IMG/VR virus record: IMGVR_UViG_3300037603_000023
Location: 817 to 64,816 of that record
Reading direction: 5' to 3' (one strand)
Source of the DNA: a virus
Lineage: Duplodnaviria; Caudoviricetes
DNA: 64,000 nucleotides
In this document: positions 18,644 through 28,206 of the stretch, one piece after another
Numbering within the stretch: the stretch's first letter is position 1
Layout: each line of letters opens with the position of its first letter
Program-made: the position numbers and the translations under genes
The notes under the pieces: model-generated
Databases searched by the model: none
Seen by the model: the letters and a program-made list of their open reading frames with translations, nothing else
Told to the model about the DNA's origin: nothing

Positions 18644-19690
18644 TTACGACAGGGTTCCGCGCATCAGGACGCGCGGGCGGGTGCAGTAGTGGATGACGTT
18701 GTTCTGGTATTCCACGTTGATGCCCTTGTCGTTGGGCATCCGGTACTGCTTGACATACATCTCGAGGCCCATGGTGTTGACCGTTTCGATATAGTCTGCC
18801 GGAGCGAAGATTGACCGGAACAGGCCAGGTACGCCGAGCGGCACAAACTTGACCTCGTCATCCGCGATGCCGACATCAAGGCCACCGCGATAGTTGACCC
18901 AATTGATGTCGAACAGCGGGAACATGCCCCAAGCACCAGTTGCGGCGCTCGAATTGTCGACGTTGATGGTGGCTTGGCGAAGGGTGGCCGCGGCCGAGTA
19001 GCCCTGATACGTCTCTCGGACTTCCTTGTGCTTGATCAGGGCGTCCCAGAAATCATCACCACACAGCGCCATGATCCCGGAGAACGGCAGCCCATCAAGA
19101 CTTGAGCCCATCGCGCGGCTAAGGGCCGTCGCCTTTTCCCGCAGCACTCCACCGGCAGGGTTGGCTGCATCCAGATCCCAATCGACGGGATTGGACTGAG
19201 ACTCGCCCATTTCGTCGAAATAGTCGTAAAGGACGGAGCCGTCTTCATCCAGCAACTGCCCTTTGGTGACGACGGTGAGCTTGTGATATTCCTCAGTCAG
19301 TGCGAACGACTGGCGAATATCGGTTGCGCGCTGGGCAATGCGACCCTGGAAGGTTTCGACAGCGCGGGCCGTGCCAAAGGCCCGGATGCTCTGCACTTCA
19401 TCAGCAAGGATGGCGTCATCGACCTGGAAGTGCGGCACGGCGAGCCGGCGCATGGTGCGACGGTTTTTCCCGAAGGTCTTACCCGGTGAGCCGCGCGGCG
19501 ACGCCGGCACGATGAAGATGTTTTGTGCCGCATCCTTTTCGATCGCGATGTCCAGCGTATCGATCGAGGTGGTCTGGAAGATGCCAGACTTGGAGATGAA
19601 ACCTGGTACGTATTTCACCTCACGCATAGCGTCGGACATTGTGGTGACGGAGAACGCATCGCCGTCGAAGATGTCGAGAATATCAGACAT
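18644..19690 (-). CDS. major capsid protein (lambda gpE family)
   Basis: 348 aa; FAPADYIETVNTMG...QNNVIHYCTRP motifs. Confidence 0.92.
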   Translation of the reverse strand: MSDILDIFDGDAFSVTTMSDAMREVKYVPGFISKSGIFQTTSIDTLDIAIEKDAAQNIFIVPASPRGSPGKTFGKNRRTMRRLAVPHFQVDDAILADEVQSIRAFGTARAVETFQGRIAQRATDIRQSFALTEEYHKLTVVTKGQLLDEDGSVLYDYFDEMGESQSNPVDWDLDAANPAGGVLREKATALSRAMGSSLDGLPFSGIMALCGDDFWDALIKHKEVRETYQGYSAAATLRQATINVDNSSAATGAWGMFPLFDINWVNYRGGLDVGIADDEVKFVPLGVPGLFRSIFAPADYIETVNTMGLEMYVKQYRMPNDKGINVEYQNNVIHYCTRPRVLMRGTLS

Positions 19691-19703
19691 TTCAGTTTCC
19701 CAT

Positions 19704-19727
19704 AAAAAAACCCGGCGATGCCGGGCT
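19704..19727 (-). terminator. intrinsic terminator-like hairpin between decoration and capsid genes
   Basis: Minus strand CCCGGC-ATC-GCCGGG followed by T7. Confidence 0.6.
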
Positions 19728-19765
19728 GATAGACAGATGGCAGCGTGCGCTACCGACGATGCGAG

Positions 19766-20431
19766 TTAGTACCGGACGATGATGCCCAGCGCTTCGAGGG
19801 CCTGATTGGCATTCGCCTTCTCAGGCGCTGTGATGTCGGACGGCCAGGCGATGCAGTTGCCATTCGCCTGGCAGCCGCGGACGATCGCAGTGATTGCGGC
19901 CGTTTCACCGACACCAGTCGTTACACCGTAGATGGCGATACCGGCAGGAACCTCAGATCCGTCGGTGCCATCCTGATCAAACGGCACGTACTGGTAGTCT
20001 TCGGCATCTGCAGCGACCGAGATCGTGAAGGTGTCTCCGACAACGAAGTCAGTCGCACCATCGGCGATGGTGAACTTGATTTCCTTGTCGAAAGCAGCCC
20101 CAACGGTGGCGTTTCCGATGCTCTTGCCGTTCGGGTCTTCGACCCGGAACGTGCCGCCATTCGAAGCGGCGGTGACGCAAACGACTGTGTAATCGCCGTC
20201 TTTCACCTTTGAGGAAACGGCAGGGTCAGCGACGGTGAGAACGCCGTTGCCAGTGCCTGAAAATGCCTGAGTGACGAACACCCCGGCTGCAACCGCGATC
20301 TTGCCAAGGACCATGTTGGGCGTGACCGTCTGCTCCGCAGCGATAGTCACGGCTTCGCGGCTCCGGTTACCCGGGTCTTCGTTCATGATGAACTCGCCCG
20401 GACGAAGACCTTCAGTGAGAACTGTCGACAT
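19766..20431 (-). CDS. head decoration protein (lambda gpD-like) with internal insertion
   Basis: SREAVTI...GMVLGKI and YVPFDQDGTDGSEVPAGI motifs. Confidence 0.85.
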   Translation of the reverse strand: MSTVLTEGLRPGEFIMNEDPGNRSREAVTIAAEQTVTPNMVLGKIAVAAGVFVTQAFSGTGNGVLTVADPAVSSKVKDGDYTVVCVTAASNGGTFRVEDPNGKSIGNATVGAAFDKEIKFTIADGATDFVVGDTFTISVAADAEDYQYVPFDQDGTDGSEVPAGIAIYGVTTGVGETAAITAIVRGCQANGNCIAWPSDITAPEKANANQALEALGIIVRY

Positions 20432-20470
20432 AACTTACTCCGTTATGAATGGGGTTGAACCTGCGGACCC

Positions 20471-21718
20471 TTAGTGGGTGCCGCGGTTGGCATGGGCGAC
20501 CGCTTTGCCCCAGCCCGCCGAAGCCGGCTTGTCCTGGTCGAGCGTGTCGGGTGCGCCGAGGCCGCTGGCACCGGTGCGTTCCTTACGCTGCTCATAGGTC
20601 TCGGGAGCGTCCTTCGGTGCGGATGCACCGGCGGCGGGCGCAGCGGGGCCAGCGGCGATCATGATCGCCTTGGCGGCCGCGACATCCATGCTGGTGTCGT
20701 AGGCCAGATGTTCGGCCAGGGTCGGGTTTTTCTTGCCTTCGTCCGAGGCGAGAATTGCCTTGATGCGGGTCTGGGTTTCAGCGCGGGCCTTGGCCTCTGC
20801 CTGGGCGATGGCTTCGGCGTCGTTCGTCGTCGCCGGTCCGTTGTTGGTAGTGCTCATGGAAAAACCTCCGTTGGAGCGTGACTGCGAACGACCACTCCGG
20901 TCGCGCTTGGAAAGGGCGGCCAAGGCGTCCTCAAACTGACCGACGGCGTCGGCCATGCCTGCGGAAACCGCGTTTGCCCCGATCTCGACGCCACCGGCGC
21001 CGAATTTCTTGATGACGTCGTCGACACTCACGCCGCGGTGCTTGGCCACGGCTTCGACAAATACAGCGGCCATGTCGTCAACGGTCTTCTGGATCTGTGC
21101 TTTGCCGTCATCGCTAGAAGGATCCGGACGCTTGCCGGGAGACTGCGACGACACAAACTCAAAACGCTCGATGCCGCGAGCGGCATCGTTCGTGCGCTTC
21201 TCCATGCCCATGACGACGCCGATCGAACCCAACATGGCGATGTCTGAAACAGTCACCCGGGAAGCTGCCGAAGCAATCCAGTATCCGCCGGAACATGCTT
21301 GACCGCTGATGTAAGCGTGGATCGGCTTGGTCTTCCGTGCGGCGAAGACCGCCTGGGCGAGCTCATCGCAACCGAATGCCTCTCCACCGGGCGAAGAAAT
21401 CGACAACATGATCCCCGAAATAGATGGGTCGTCGATCGCCACCTGCAGATCACGGCGCAGCATCTCGTATGAGGTGGCGCCAGACATCGCGGTAAAGAGG
21501 TTGGCCTTCTTGAATAGCGGCCCTTCAACATTCAGAACCCCGACGTCGCCGCGGATCTGCAGCCGCTCGCCCCGGTCTGCTTGCTCGGCGCGGTAGGCGG
21601 CCAAGGTTTCGGGCGCGATTTCGCTGGTCCGATCGGCGATATCGATCATCTCTTCCAGCTTCGCGGGCACGATAGCCCAAGGAACTGAAGCGCCAGCATC
21701 AAGAATTCTCATGTCCAC
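20471..21718 (-). CDS. S49 capsid maturation protease/scaffold (lambda gpC-like)
   Basis: ISSPGGEAFG, ACSGGYWIASAA, GSIGVV motifs; C-terminal scaffold region. Confidence 0.93.
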   Translation of the reverse strand: MDMRILDAGASVPWAIVPAKLEEMIDIADRTSEIAPETLAAYRAEQADRGERLQIRGDVGVLNVEGPLFKKANLFTAMSGATSYEMLRRDLQVAIDDPSISGIMLSISSPGGEAFGCDELAQAVFAARKTKPIHAYISGQACSGGYWIASAASRVTVSDIAMLGSIGVVMGMEKRTNDAARGIERFEFVSSQSPGKRPDPSSDDGKAQIQKTVDDMAAVFVEAVAKHRGVSVDDVIKKFGAGGVEIGANAVSAGMADAVGQFEDALAALSKRDRSGRSQSRSNGGFSMSTTNNGPATTNDAEAIAQAEAKARAETQTRIKAILASDEGKKNPTLAEHLAYDTSMDVAAAKAIMIAAGPAAPAAGASAPKDAPETYEQRKERTGASGLGAPDTLDQDKPASAGWGKAVAHANRGTH

Positions 21719-21990
21719 GGTCCTCGCCGGTCAATACGCGCGCCTGCGGTGATCGCGCGGCGCGGTGATGCGCGCCCGCGCTTTGCGGCGCAGTCGGCTT
21801 CAAGTTGCTTGACCAGGGCCTCGAGCGCTCCGGTTTCGCGTCGGTGATACTCGACCTTGCGGTCACGAAAATGCACAACGGCGATGCCGCCCTCTGCGAG
21901 CAGCTTCATCAAAGCCGGGCGCAGCACCACAAGAGCAGCGCAAGGGTCATATTCCTCGGCACCGAAGAGCGCTGTGTAATCAATAGCCAT
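21709..21990 (-). CDS. head completion protein (lambda gpW-like)
   Basis: RKVEYH...LEALVKQLE...RRAI pattern near portal. Confidence 0.75.
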   Translation of the reverse strand: MAIDYTALFGAEEYDPCAALVVLRPALMKLLAEGGIAVVHFRDRKVEYHRRETGALEALVKQLEADCAAKRGRASPRRAITAGARIDRRGPWT

Positions 21991-22243
21991 TGAGGCTAAC
22001 CTCCGACTTAACCCGGAAAATCTCGGGAGATGCGAGCGGCAAGCGGAGATCAAAGTCGCGGCCGGCGTCTTGGAGTGCGCTATACGCATCTGCTCGCCAC
22101 TCACCGTCGATGACCGGGAACCACCATAACTTCACACCAAAAAGTGTGACACGGCGTTCGGCGATAAACATACGTTCATGCCAGCATCTATAGCCGTTGC
22201 AGACTTCTACGCGCGCCTCTCGGACCCTGTATTCAGTCGCCAT
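21980..22243 (-). CDS. hypothetical protein between portal and gpW
   Basis: GGAG RBS/ATG overlapping the portal stop; 87 aa. Confidence 0.55.
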   Translation of the reverse strand: MATEYRVREARVEVCNGYRCWHERMFIAERRVTLFGVKLWWFPVIDGEWRADAYSALQDAGRDFDLRLPLASPEIFRVKSEVSLNGY

Positions 22244-23963
22244 CGAGGTCAGCCTCCAACTCAGATTCCAAAGCCGCATTCAAGGCATCGCTGTTGTTCG
22301 GTTCGCTGTCGCCCGGAGTGCGGCCAGCGCCCTTGCGACGCGGCTTTTTGCCTCCTTTGCGGTTCTTCCGATCGTTCGGATCGTCACTGTCCGGCGGCGC
22401 GTTCAACTCAAGATCCAAACCCTCTTTGGTCTCAAGAATGTCTTTCGGCGACCACGGCAGCGGCAGACCAAGGCTTTCGGCGAGATCGTTTTCGGCCTTC
22501 TGAGCCGCCATCAGATCCTCGATATCCCAGCCGTAATCTTCCGCGATGTTCGACAGCGATGTCGCGCCCATATCCTTCAGGACTTCATGTGCGCGCGCGG
22601 CTTTAAACTCGTCGGCCTGCGGGCGGGCCGGGCCCGTCCAAGTCGTGCGCGCGGCGAACGCTTTCTTTTCAAGGTAGGCGTCGAGCCCGCCTTCGAATTC
22701 AATTCGGCCGGTCCCGATCTCTTCCTCGAGCCACGCTTCGAAGATTGCCTTGCAAAACGGAACCACAATGTTGGTTCGGCGGCGCAGAACGATCAGCCAT
22801 TCGATGGCGCCGGCCATACGAACCGAGGAATAGGTTGCGCCTCGGAAGTCGCCGGTGCCGCCTTCGTAGGTGACACCGATCCCGGCGCAGATCTCGCGCA
22901 GCAGCCAGCCCATGAACTGGTCATATTGCTGACCAGGCTGTTTTGCTTCGACGAAATCGAGCTCGTCGTTCGGGAACAGCTGAGCAATCCGGCCATGTTG
23001 GGTCAGATCGATACCGGCCCCATCATAGAATTCGCCCTTGGCGCCCATAAACGCCTTGAGGTCCAGTTCGCCCTTGTCCTTGTCGGTCATCAGGCCGTCA
23101 AAAACACCCAACCCGGTGACGTTCGTCTTGAGCGTGGCTGCAAAGATTGTCTGGATCAGCGCGCTCGTCAGTGTGGCGTCGGCATACTGGTCAACCTGAC
23201 GAACAACCTTGAGGACAGGCGCCAAGGGAGAGATGCCGCGGTTCACCGCGATCGATGGCAGGTAGTAATGGAGCACATTCGGGCGACCATCGGCGTCGAA
23301 AGCCCGAATTGGCGTCTCTTTTGAGCCAATTTCGTACTTTTCCCGGTAATAATAGGTCAGCGGGAACCCCCAACTGTCCGTTTTGACACCGTTGACGATG
23401 TTGTTGTGGGGCTCATTCTTGTTGATCAGCCGGCTCGGCGGAAGCAATTTGACCTTCGTCACTGTGCCGGAATTGAACCTTTTGATCATCGGGAGCATCC
23501 CGAAGACCTCTCCATAGGCCAGAAAGCAGCCAAAAGCGGCTTGCTGCATCTGGTAGAACGTCATTTTCCCGCCAGCGTCGCACTCAGTCGGGCTCTCAGC
23601 CCAGGCGCGGAACCGGCTTTCGACCTTGTTTGCCCACTTTGTAGCCTTTTCCTGATCCCACCCCAGACCAACGGCGTCAGGGCGGACAGAAATACGCAAC
23701 CCGGACCCCACGGTGGCGCCGGCGGCCACCTCTACGGCTCGAGCGATGAAACCTGAGTTCTGGATGGATTCAACGGCACGGGCCGCCGCCACTTCCCAGG
23801 ACTTTCCGATGTCGTCAGACGTCTCACGCAGCTGCGGACGCCAAGACACCATAAGTGGATTGACGCCATTCTGAAAAAAGGCAGCCATAGGGCTCTTGCT
23901 TGAGCCGCTGACGCCACCAGAGAGGCGGTTCCACGCCCTCGAAATGATGTTCCCAGAAGCCAC
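22233..23963 (-). CDS. portal protein (lambda family)
   Basis: GDFRGATYSSVRMA, RGISPLAPVL motifs; 576 aa. Confidence 0.93.
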   Translation of the reverse strand: MASGNIISRAWNRLSGGVSGSSKSPMAAFFQNGVNPLMVSWRPQLRETSDDIGKSWEVAAARAVESIQNSGFIARAVEVAAGATVGSGLRISVRPDAVGLGWDQEKATKWANKVESRFRAWAESPTECDAGGKMTFYQMQQAAFGCFLAYGEVFGMLPMIKRFNSGTVTKVKLLPPSRLINKNEPHNNIVNGVKTDSWGFPLTYYYREKYEIGSKETPIRAFDADGRPNVLHYYLPSIAVNRGISPLAPVLKVVRQVDQYADATLTSALIQTIFAATLKTNVTGLGVFDGLMTDKDKGELDLKAFMGAKGEFYDGAGIDLTQHGRIAQLFPNDELDFVEAKQPGQQYDQFMGWLLREICAGIGVTYEGGTGDFRGATYSSVRMAGAIEWLIVLRRRTNIVVPFCKAIFEAWLEEEIGTGRIEFEGGLDAYLEKKAFAARTTWTGPARPQADEFKAARAHEVLKDMGATSLSNIAEDYGWDIEDLMAAQKAENDLAESLGLPLPWSPKDILETKEGLDLELNAPPDSDDPNDRKNRKGGKKPRRKGAGRTPGDSEPNNSDALNAALESELEADLDGD

Positions 23964-23967
23964 AAAG

Positions 23968-25827
23968 TCACCTATTCAGGCGCTTGCCGAGGTCTCTGAA
24001 GCTGACCCGTTCGACGGGTTTGCCCTTGAGCTCCGCGTAGCGCGTTTCGAAATCAAATTTGACGAGGTATTTCACGGCCAAGCCGTAAACCACGGTATCG
24101 AGCGCTTCTGCCTTTCGGCCGGAAATGCGCTCAAACACCACTTCGGGGCGCCCGGCCTTGGCCGAATTGCCCTTCTTGATCTTCACCACCCTGCGTTCCG
24201 ACGTCACCTGCCGGAACCACTCTTCCGAGAGCGTGTTCGAGAACCGAAAACACTGCGACTTGCCGCGCTCGAGCGGCAGCGTTACCAGAATGTCGGTTTT
24301 GACCTGGTCGACGCCGACGATATAGAGCGGCGCCGTCCTGTTGCGCCGCCGCGTTTTGCTTGCCTCGATCACCTTGATCGGTCCTTCGCGGCCCTTGATC
24401 GCCACGATCTTCAGCCCCTGGGTACGCTCGCAGTAATCGTAGACAAATTGCGTCCGTCCGCCGTCACCGGAGTCGATGGCCGATGCTGAAATCCCGATCT
24501 GGCCGCCCAGAGGATGGCGCCACGTCGTAGTCAGGACCGAATGCAGTTCTTCCCATGTCGTGTCGAGGTTCGTGCCGCCCCAAACGACGTGATGCCCAAG
24601 GATGAAGCGCTCACTCGCCGAATGACCGATGAACGTGATCTCGAACCTGTCAACCTGGACGTCAACGCCGGCAGTGATATAGGCCACATCCTGCGGGATG
24701 TCCTCGCGCCAGCAGCCATCTTCGTTGCTCCACTGGATGCCCCAATCCTCGGCCCGAGCCAAAAGCTGGCTCTGGCTGACGTAACTGATAGTCGTTGACC
24801 AGACCTTGCCCAGATTGGTGTTCACGAACACCTGCATGGCAGCAGGCCCAGCCTTTTCCGCCTTCTCGAATTCCTCGACCAAGTTTGCCCAGGACACGTT
24901 CGAGAACTGCGAAATCAGGGCGTTCATCCGGAACCCGGCATGCCGCTCGATTTCCGGAGCCGTGGCCCGCCATTCGCCGGCCTCGACCATCTCAGGCTTG
25001 TGCTTTTCCTCGATCGGGTTGCCGCACGACGGACAGACGCAAACCGCGGTTTTCGGCTTCCCGGGAGTCCAGTCGATGTTCTCCCAAAGAAGCTCGAAGA
25101 GGTCTCCGCATTGCATGCAGGGGATCTCGAAGATCCGCTGATCCGATTCCCCGTACTTCACGAGCACGATCGACGTGGCTTCGTCCGTCGGCGTGGACCC
25201 GATCACAATCTTGCGATCCGGATACGAGATCGTCCGCTTTTCAGCGAGCACGATCGGGTCACCTTCTTTGGTGACCTCCATGCCGTCGACTTCGTCGCAG
25301 AACAAAAACCGCGTCGTATGCCGGCGCAGGTTGCGCGGCGCCCTGGCCGAGATGACCTTCAACGTGCCGCCGCCCAGCATCGCCCGCTGGGTCAGCGTAT
25401 TCCGGCCGTCGAAGCGGCCGGTCTGCATCAGTGATCGAAGCGCCGGCGATTCCCGAAAGGCCGGATCGATCTCGTCGACCACAATACCGCGCGCGTCATC
25501 ATCTGTCGGCATCAACAGAATGATTGGACCCGGGTCATTCGCCGCCGCCGCGCCGATCGCGGCAACCAGGCTGACCGTGAAGCCGGTTCGAGCCGACTTG
25601 ATGACTGTCACCCGCTCGATCAGCGGATCCCCGATCGCATCCAGAATTCCGCGCTGGAACTTCCACGGACGAAAACGGCCCTTCGCCGCAGTGTTTCCGG
25701 CCAGGCGAAAGTTTTCCATCGCCCAATCGCTGTAGGAAAGCAGTTCTGGCGGCCGGAGCGCCTTCGAGACGCTGCCAAACAGCCGATTAACGGCGTCGCT
25801 TGCCACTCTCGATGTCCTTCCTGTCAC
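23968..25827 (-). CDS. terminase large subunit (lambda GpA family)
   Basis: KSARTGFT Walker A, LFCDEVD Walker B, GSTPT, TAGVDVQ, EALDTVVY. Confidence 0.96.
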   Translation of the reverse strand: MTGRTSRVASDAVNRLFGSVSKALRPPELLSYSDWAMENFRLAGNTAAKGRFRPWKFQRGILDAIGDPLIERVTVIKSARTGFTVSLVAAIGAAAANDPGPIILLMPTDDDARGIVVDEIDPAFRESPALRSLMQTGRFDGRNTLTQRAMLGGGTLKVISARAPRNLRRHTTRFLFCDEVDGMEVTKEGDPIVLAEKRTISYPDRKIVIGSTPTDEATSIVLVKYGESDQRIFEIPCMQCGDLFELLWENIDWTPGKPKTAVCVCPSCGNPIEEKHKPEMVEAGEWRATAPEIERHAGFRMNALISQFSNVSWANLVEEFEKAEKAGPAAMQVFVNTNLGKVWSTTISYVSQSQLLARAEDWGIQWSNEDGCWREDIPQDVAYITAGVDVQVDRFEITFIGHSASERFILGHHVVWGGTNLDTTWEELHSVLTTTWRHPLGGQIGISASAIDSGDGGRTQFVYDYCERTQGLKIVAIKGREGPIKVIEASKTRRRNRTAPLYIVGVDQVKTDILVTLPLERGKSQCFRFSNTLSEEWFRQVTSERRVVKIKKGNSAKAGRPEVVFERISGRKAEALDTVVYGLAVKYLVKFDFETRYAELKGKPVERVSFRDLGKRLNR

Positions 25828-26350
25828 CGCCGATGACTGTGTCCTCGACCTCGTTGGCCAAGTCCTTCAGTTCGTCGCGGCACAATCTCTTGACAGTTTC
25901 GGCGTCGTGGGCGGTCATATGCGGGATTGTCGCCCGCATTTTGCCCGGCATCGCCAGAAACGCCTGCCTCACCTTGCCCGCGAAAGCGGACCAGGCTTCG
26001 GAAACCTCGCTGACGAGCAACACTTCATCCCTCAGCCTCGCGAGTTTGACTTCCGAAATCTCCTTTTCGACAGCCTCACGCTCAGCGCGGACATCAGACA
26101 GGTTCATCCCGTTCGATGTTGCTCGCCCAGCTGCCTGCTTCCGCAGGTGGCCGATGTAGTTGTGGATCGTCTTCAGCGCATCGAACTGCCGGTTCGTCGG
26201 CCCCTGCACCGCAAGGCCCATCGAAACCAGATCGGTCAGCTTCCGGTCGCTCATATCCATGAGCGCAGCCATCTGCTTCCGGGTCACATATCGCTGCAAT
26301 CCAGTGCTCGGGCCGATCGTCTCGGCCCCTTCATCTTTTTTTCGGGGCAT
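25787..26350 (-). CDS. terminase small subunit (Nu1/DUF1441-like)
   Basis: N-terminal winged HTH (RKQMAALMDMSDRKL) plus coiled coil; directly upstream of GpA. Confidence 0.85.
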   Translation of the reverse strand: MPRKKDEGAETIGPSTGLQRYVTRKQMAALMDMSDRKLTDLVSMGLAVQGPTNRQFDALKTIHNYIGHLRKQAAGRATSNGMNLSDVRAEREAVEKEISEVKLARLRDEVLLVSEVSEAWSAFAGKVRQAFLAMPGKMRATIPHMTAHDAETVKRLCRDELKDLANEVEDTVIGGDRKDIESGKRRR

Positions 26351-26907
26351 CAGGTTCCGAGCGCGACAATGATGTGCCGCGTGATCCTCTTCTCAAGATC
26401 GAGTGCCAGAAAAGCCTCGGCCGCCGGCACGTTCGGCCGCGACGGCTTCGAAAGCTCGTTCGGGATGACCGGGCCGTAGAGTTTCTGCAGCGGGTAGCGA
26501 GACTTGCCCTGCCTGGACATCACCTCACCTTTCGCCACGAAGGTTCCCGGGAAGACTTGCCGCCGGTTCCATGCTGTTGCCTGGGCTCCGGCCATCGAAC
26601 GCGACCACGAGGGGTTGCCGTACTCACCCAGCGAAATCGCTTTGTCCCTGCTCTCGACCGTAGCCGTCATCGACGGCGCCGGGACAGCAGGCTTCACAGT
26701 CATCCCGCCCGACACTCGACCGCTCGGGATCCCCGTGAAGTTGGTGATCCGCGTGATCGACTGCCTGCGTTGCTCAGAAGCGTGCTCATTCAAACCGCGA
26801 GCGGCCGGGACAGCCATGTTGAGGTTCTGCAGCCGGCGCACCAGCGCCTGCATCTCGTGCAGCCTCTCAATCTTGGCGTCGACCTTCAGCCCGCGGGCCA
26901 TGTGCAT
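26350..26907 (-). CDS. lambda gpZ-like tail completion/neck protein
   Basis: RQGKSRYPLQKLYGPVIP motif typical of minor tail protein Z family. Confidence 0.65.
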   Translation of the reverse strand: MHMARGLKVDAKIERLHEMQALVRRLQNLNMAVPAARGLNEHASEQRRQSITRITNFTGIPSGRVSGGMTVKPAVPAPSMTATVESRDKAISLGEYGNPSWSRSMAGAQATAWNRRQVFPGTFVAKGEVMSRQGKSRYPLQKLYGPVIPNELSKPSRPNVPAAEAFLALDLEKRITRHIIVALGT

Positions 26908-26952
26908 CTCCTAGATCTCAGGCCGGCTTGACGCCCTTAACGCATATCGTTG

Positions 26953-27078
26953 CTGCTCGAAAGCAGGCCGCGCCAGCGTTGGGCTCTGCACCCACGAGGA
27001 CATCCGTCATAACCCCAAACCGGCCGGGGTCCGAAAGGAAGGCGCGGCACCATGAAGCTGTGCAAATGGGCCAACCCA
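26953..27078 (-). ncRNA. candidate structured RNA leader of the late operon
   Basis: 8-bp closing stem GCCGCGCC/GGCGCGGC enclosing four hairpins, plus flanking CTGCT-TTCG-AGCAG; structure inferred by eye. Confidence 0.35.
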
Positions 27079-27160
27079 TCAGAAATTCTTATCGTCGGCG
27101 GGCCTCTCAGAAGAAGCCCTTATAGAAACATAACTTCGGCGATAGATCGGGGTGCTGCGC

Positions 27161-27184
27161 CCCGCGTCCTCGCCGAGGGTCGTA
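27161..27184 (-). other. probable cos (cosN) packaging site
   Basis: Minus strand TACG-ACCCTCGGCGAGGA-CGCGGG has the same flanks as lambda TACG-GGGCGGCGACCT-CGCGGG; non-coding and upstream of terminase. Confidence 0.5.
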
Positions 27185-27537
27185 CGGTCCCTTAACGCCT
27201 TCATATCGCTGCGCATTCGCCCATCAGCGCGCGCTACAGCGTCGCCATGACCGGGGGTACAGCAGAGCGAGAGCCCGCACCAGCGGCCCGCCCTGCCCTG
27301 ATGTGAGCATGGGGCCTGGCTGGCGCTGGCGTGGCGCGCTTGCATCGCGTGATATGGGGTGTTTCAGCTGGTGGCCGGTCCGGTCCTTGCCGGTCGCGGC
27401 TTTCGCCTATGGCTGATGGATATGCCGGGTTTGGCCGGTCCGTCAAGCGCCCTTGTTGCGGAAAGAGCAAGATGCGAGGCGCGTGGCATAGGTCAGGCCA
27501 TGGCCAGCGAAAGCCATAAGCCGAACCGTTTCAAGCG

Positions 27538-27554
27538 GTTGCATGTCATGCATC
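27538..27554. promoter_or_regulatory. repressor operator-like site
   Basis: GTTGCATGTCATGCATC, one mismatch to the GTTGCA-N5-TGCAAC consensus seen at the immunity region. Confidence 0.5.
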
Positions 27555-27771
27555 AACCGTCAAACTACCGTATTCGGGCAAGCGCTTTTTTTTCATTGCC
27601 CATTCGGCGTTGTTTCATGGCCGTGACGATAGGTAAAAGCGAGGTTCGAAAACCGTTGACATTGCGTTGCGCACCTATCGAACAGCGCGCGGTGATTCGC
27701 ACCATGAAAGGCGCGCACCTATCGCCAGTTGAACCGGCTCTTTCCATGCTGGTTTTCAGGCACAAAAAAGC

Positions 27772-27812
27772 CCGGACAAAACCGGGACAAGAGCGGGACA
27801 TTTTCGGGACAA
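27772..27812 (+). repeat. iteron array A: four (C)GGGACA repeats at 11-bp period
   Basis: Copies start at 27772, 27783, 27794, 27805 (first copy has one mismatch). Confidence 0.8.
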
Positions 27813-28176
27813 GACGCAAAGAGCCATTCGAACGCGCGGCCCGCTCTCTTTCTTTATATCTGGAGATTTTCTTGTCGACGCATTGAAAGGCTGACCTTGT
27901 GCAAGCGCGCCTGATGGCGCTTGTCAAGTCTTTGCACGGTCATCATGAAGAGCACTATTTATAGGGGATGCGCGAAAGAAAACTGATTTTCAGCGTTTCC
28001 GCAAGTCCTCGCAACCTCACGTTTTGTTACAGGTTCCGGGCTGGTCCGGTTATGTTGCTGACATATAAGCGAAACCGGGAAAAGCGCGCCTTCCTGGCGC
28101 GCGCTTGATCCATGCACTTTTTCCTTGACGGGGTTTTGAGCGGGTCGAGAAAAAGCGCGTTTGACCACATTATTTT

Positions 28177-28206
28177 GTTGCATAACTTGCAACTTTCGCT
28201 TAGATT
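28177..28206 (+). promoter_or_regulatory. operator overlapping sigma70-like promoter of the accessory operon
   Basis: GTTGCATAACTTGCAAC (exact reverse complement of 49978-49994); TTGCAT-N17-TAGATT. Confidence 0.75.

Noticed and set aside
4052-26931. Long + strand ORFs opposite the late genes (e.g. 9069-10253, 12590-13588, 22197-23324)
   Set aside because: Shadow ORFs of GC-rich coding sequence: no RBS, no recognisable motifs, fully antisense to confident structural genes.
27026-27048. GGTCCGAAAGGAAG resembling SRP RNA helix 8
   Set aside because: It lacks the conserved AGCAG bulge and the long SRP stem, and the bases fit the alternative multi-branch fold.
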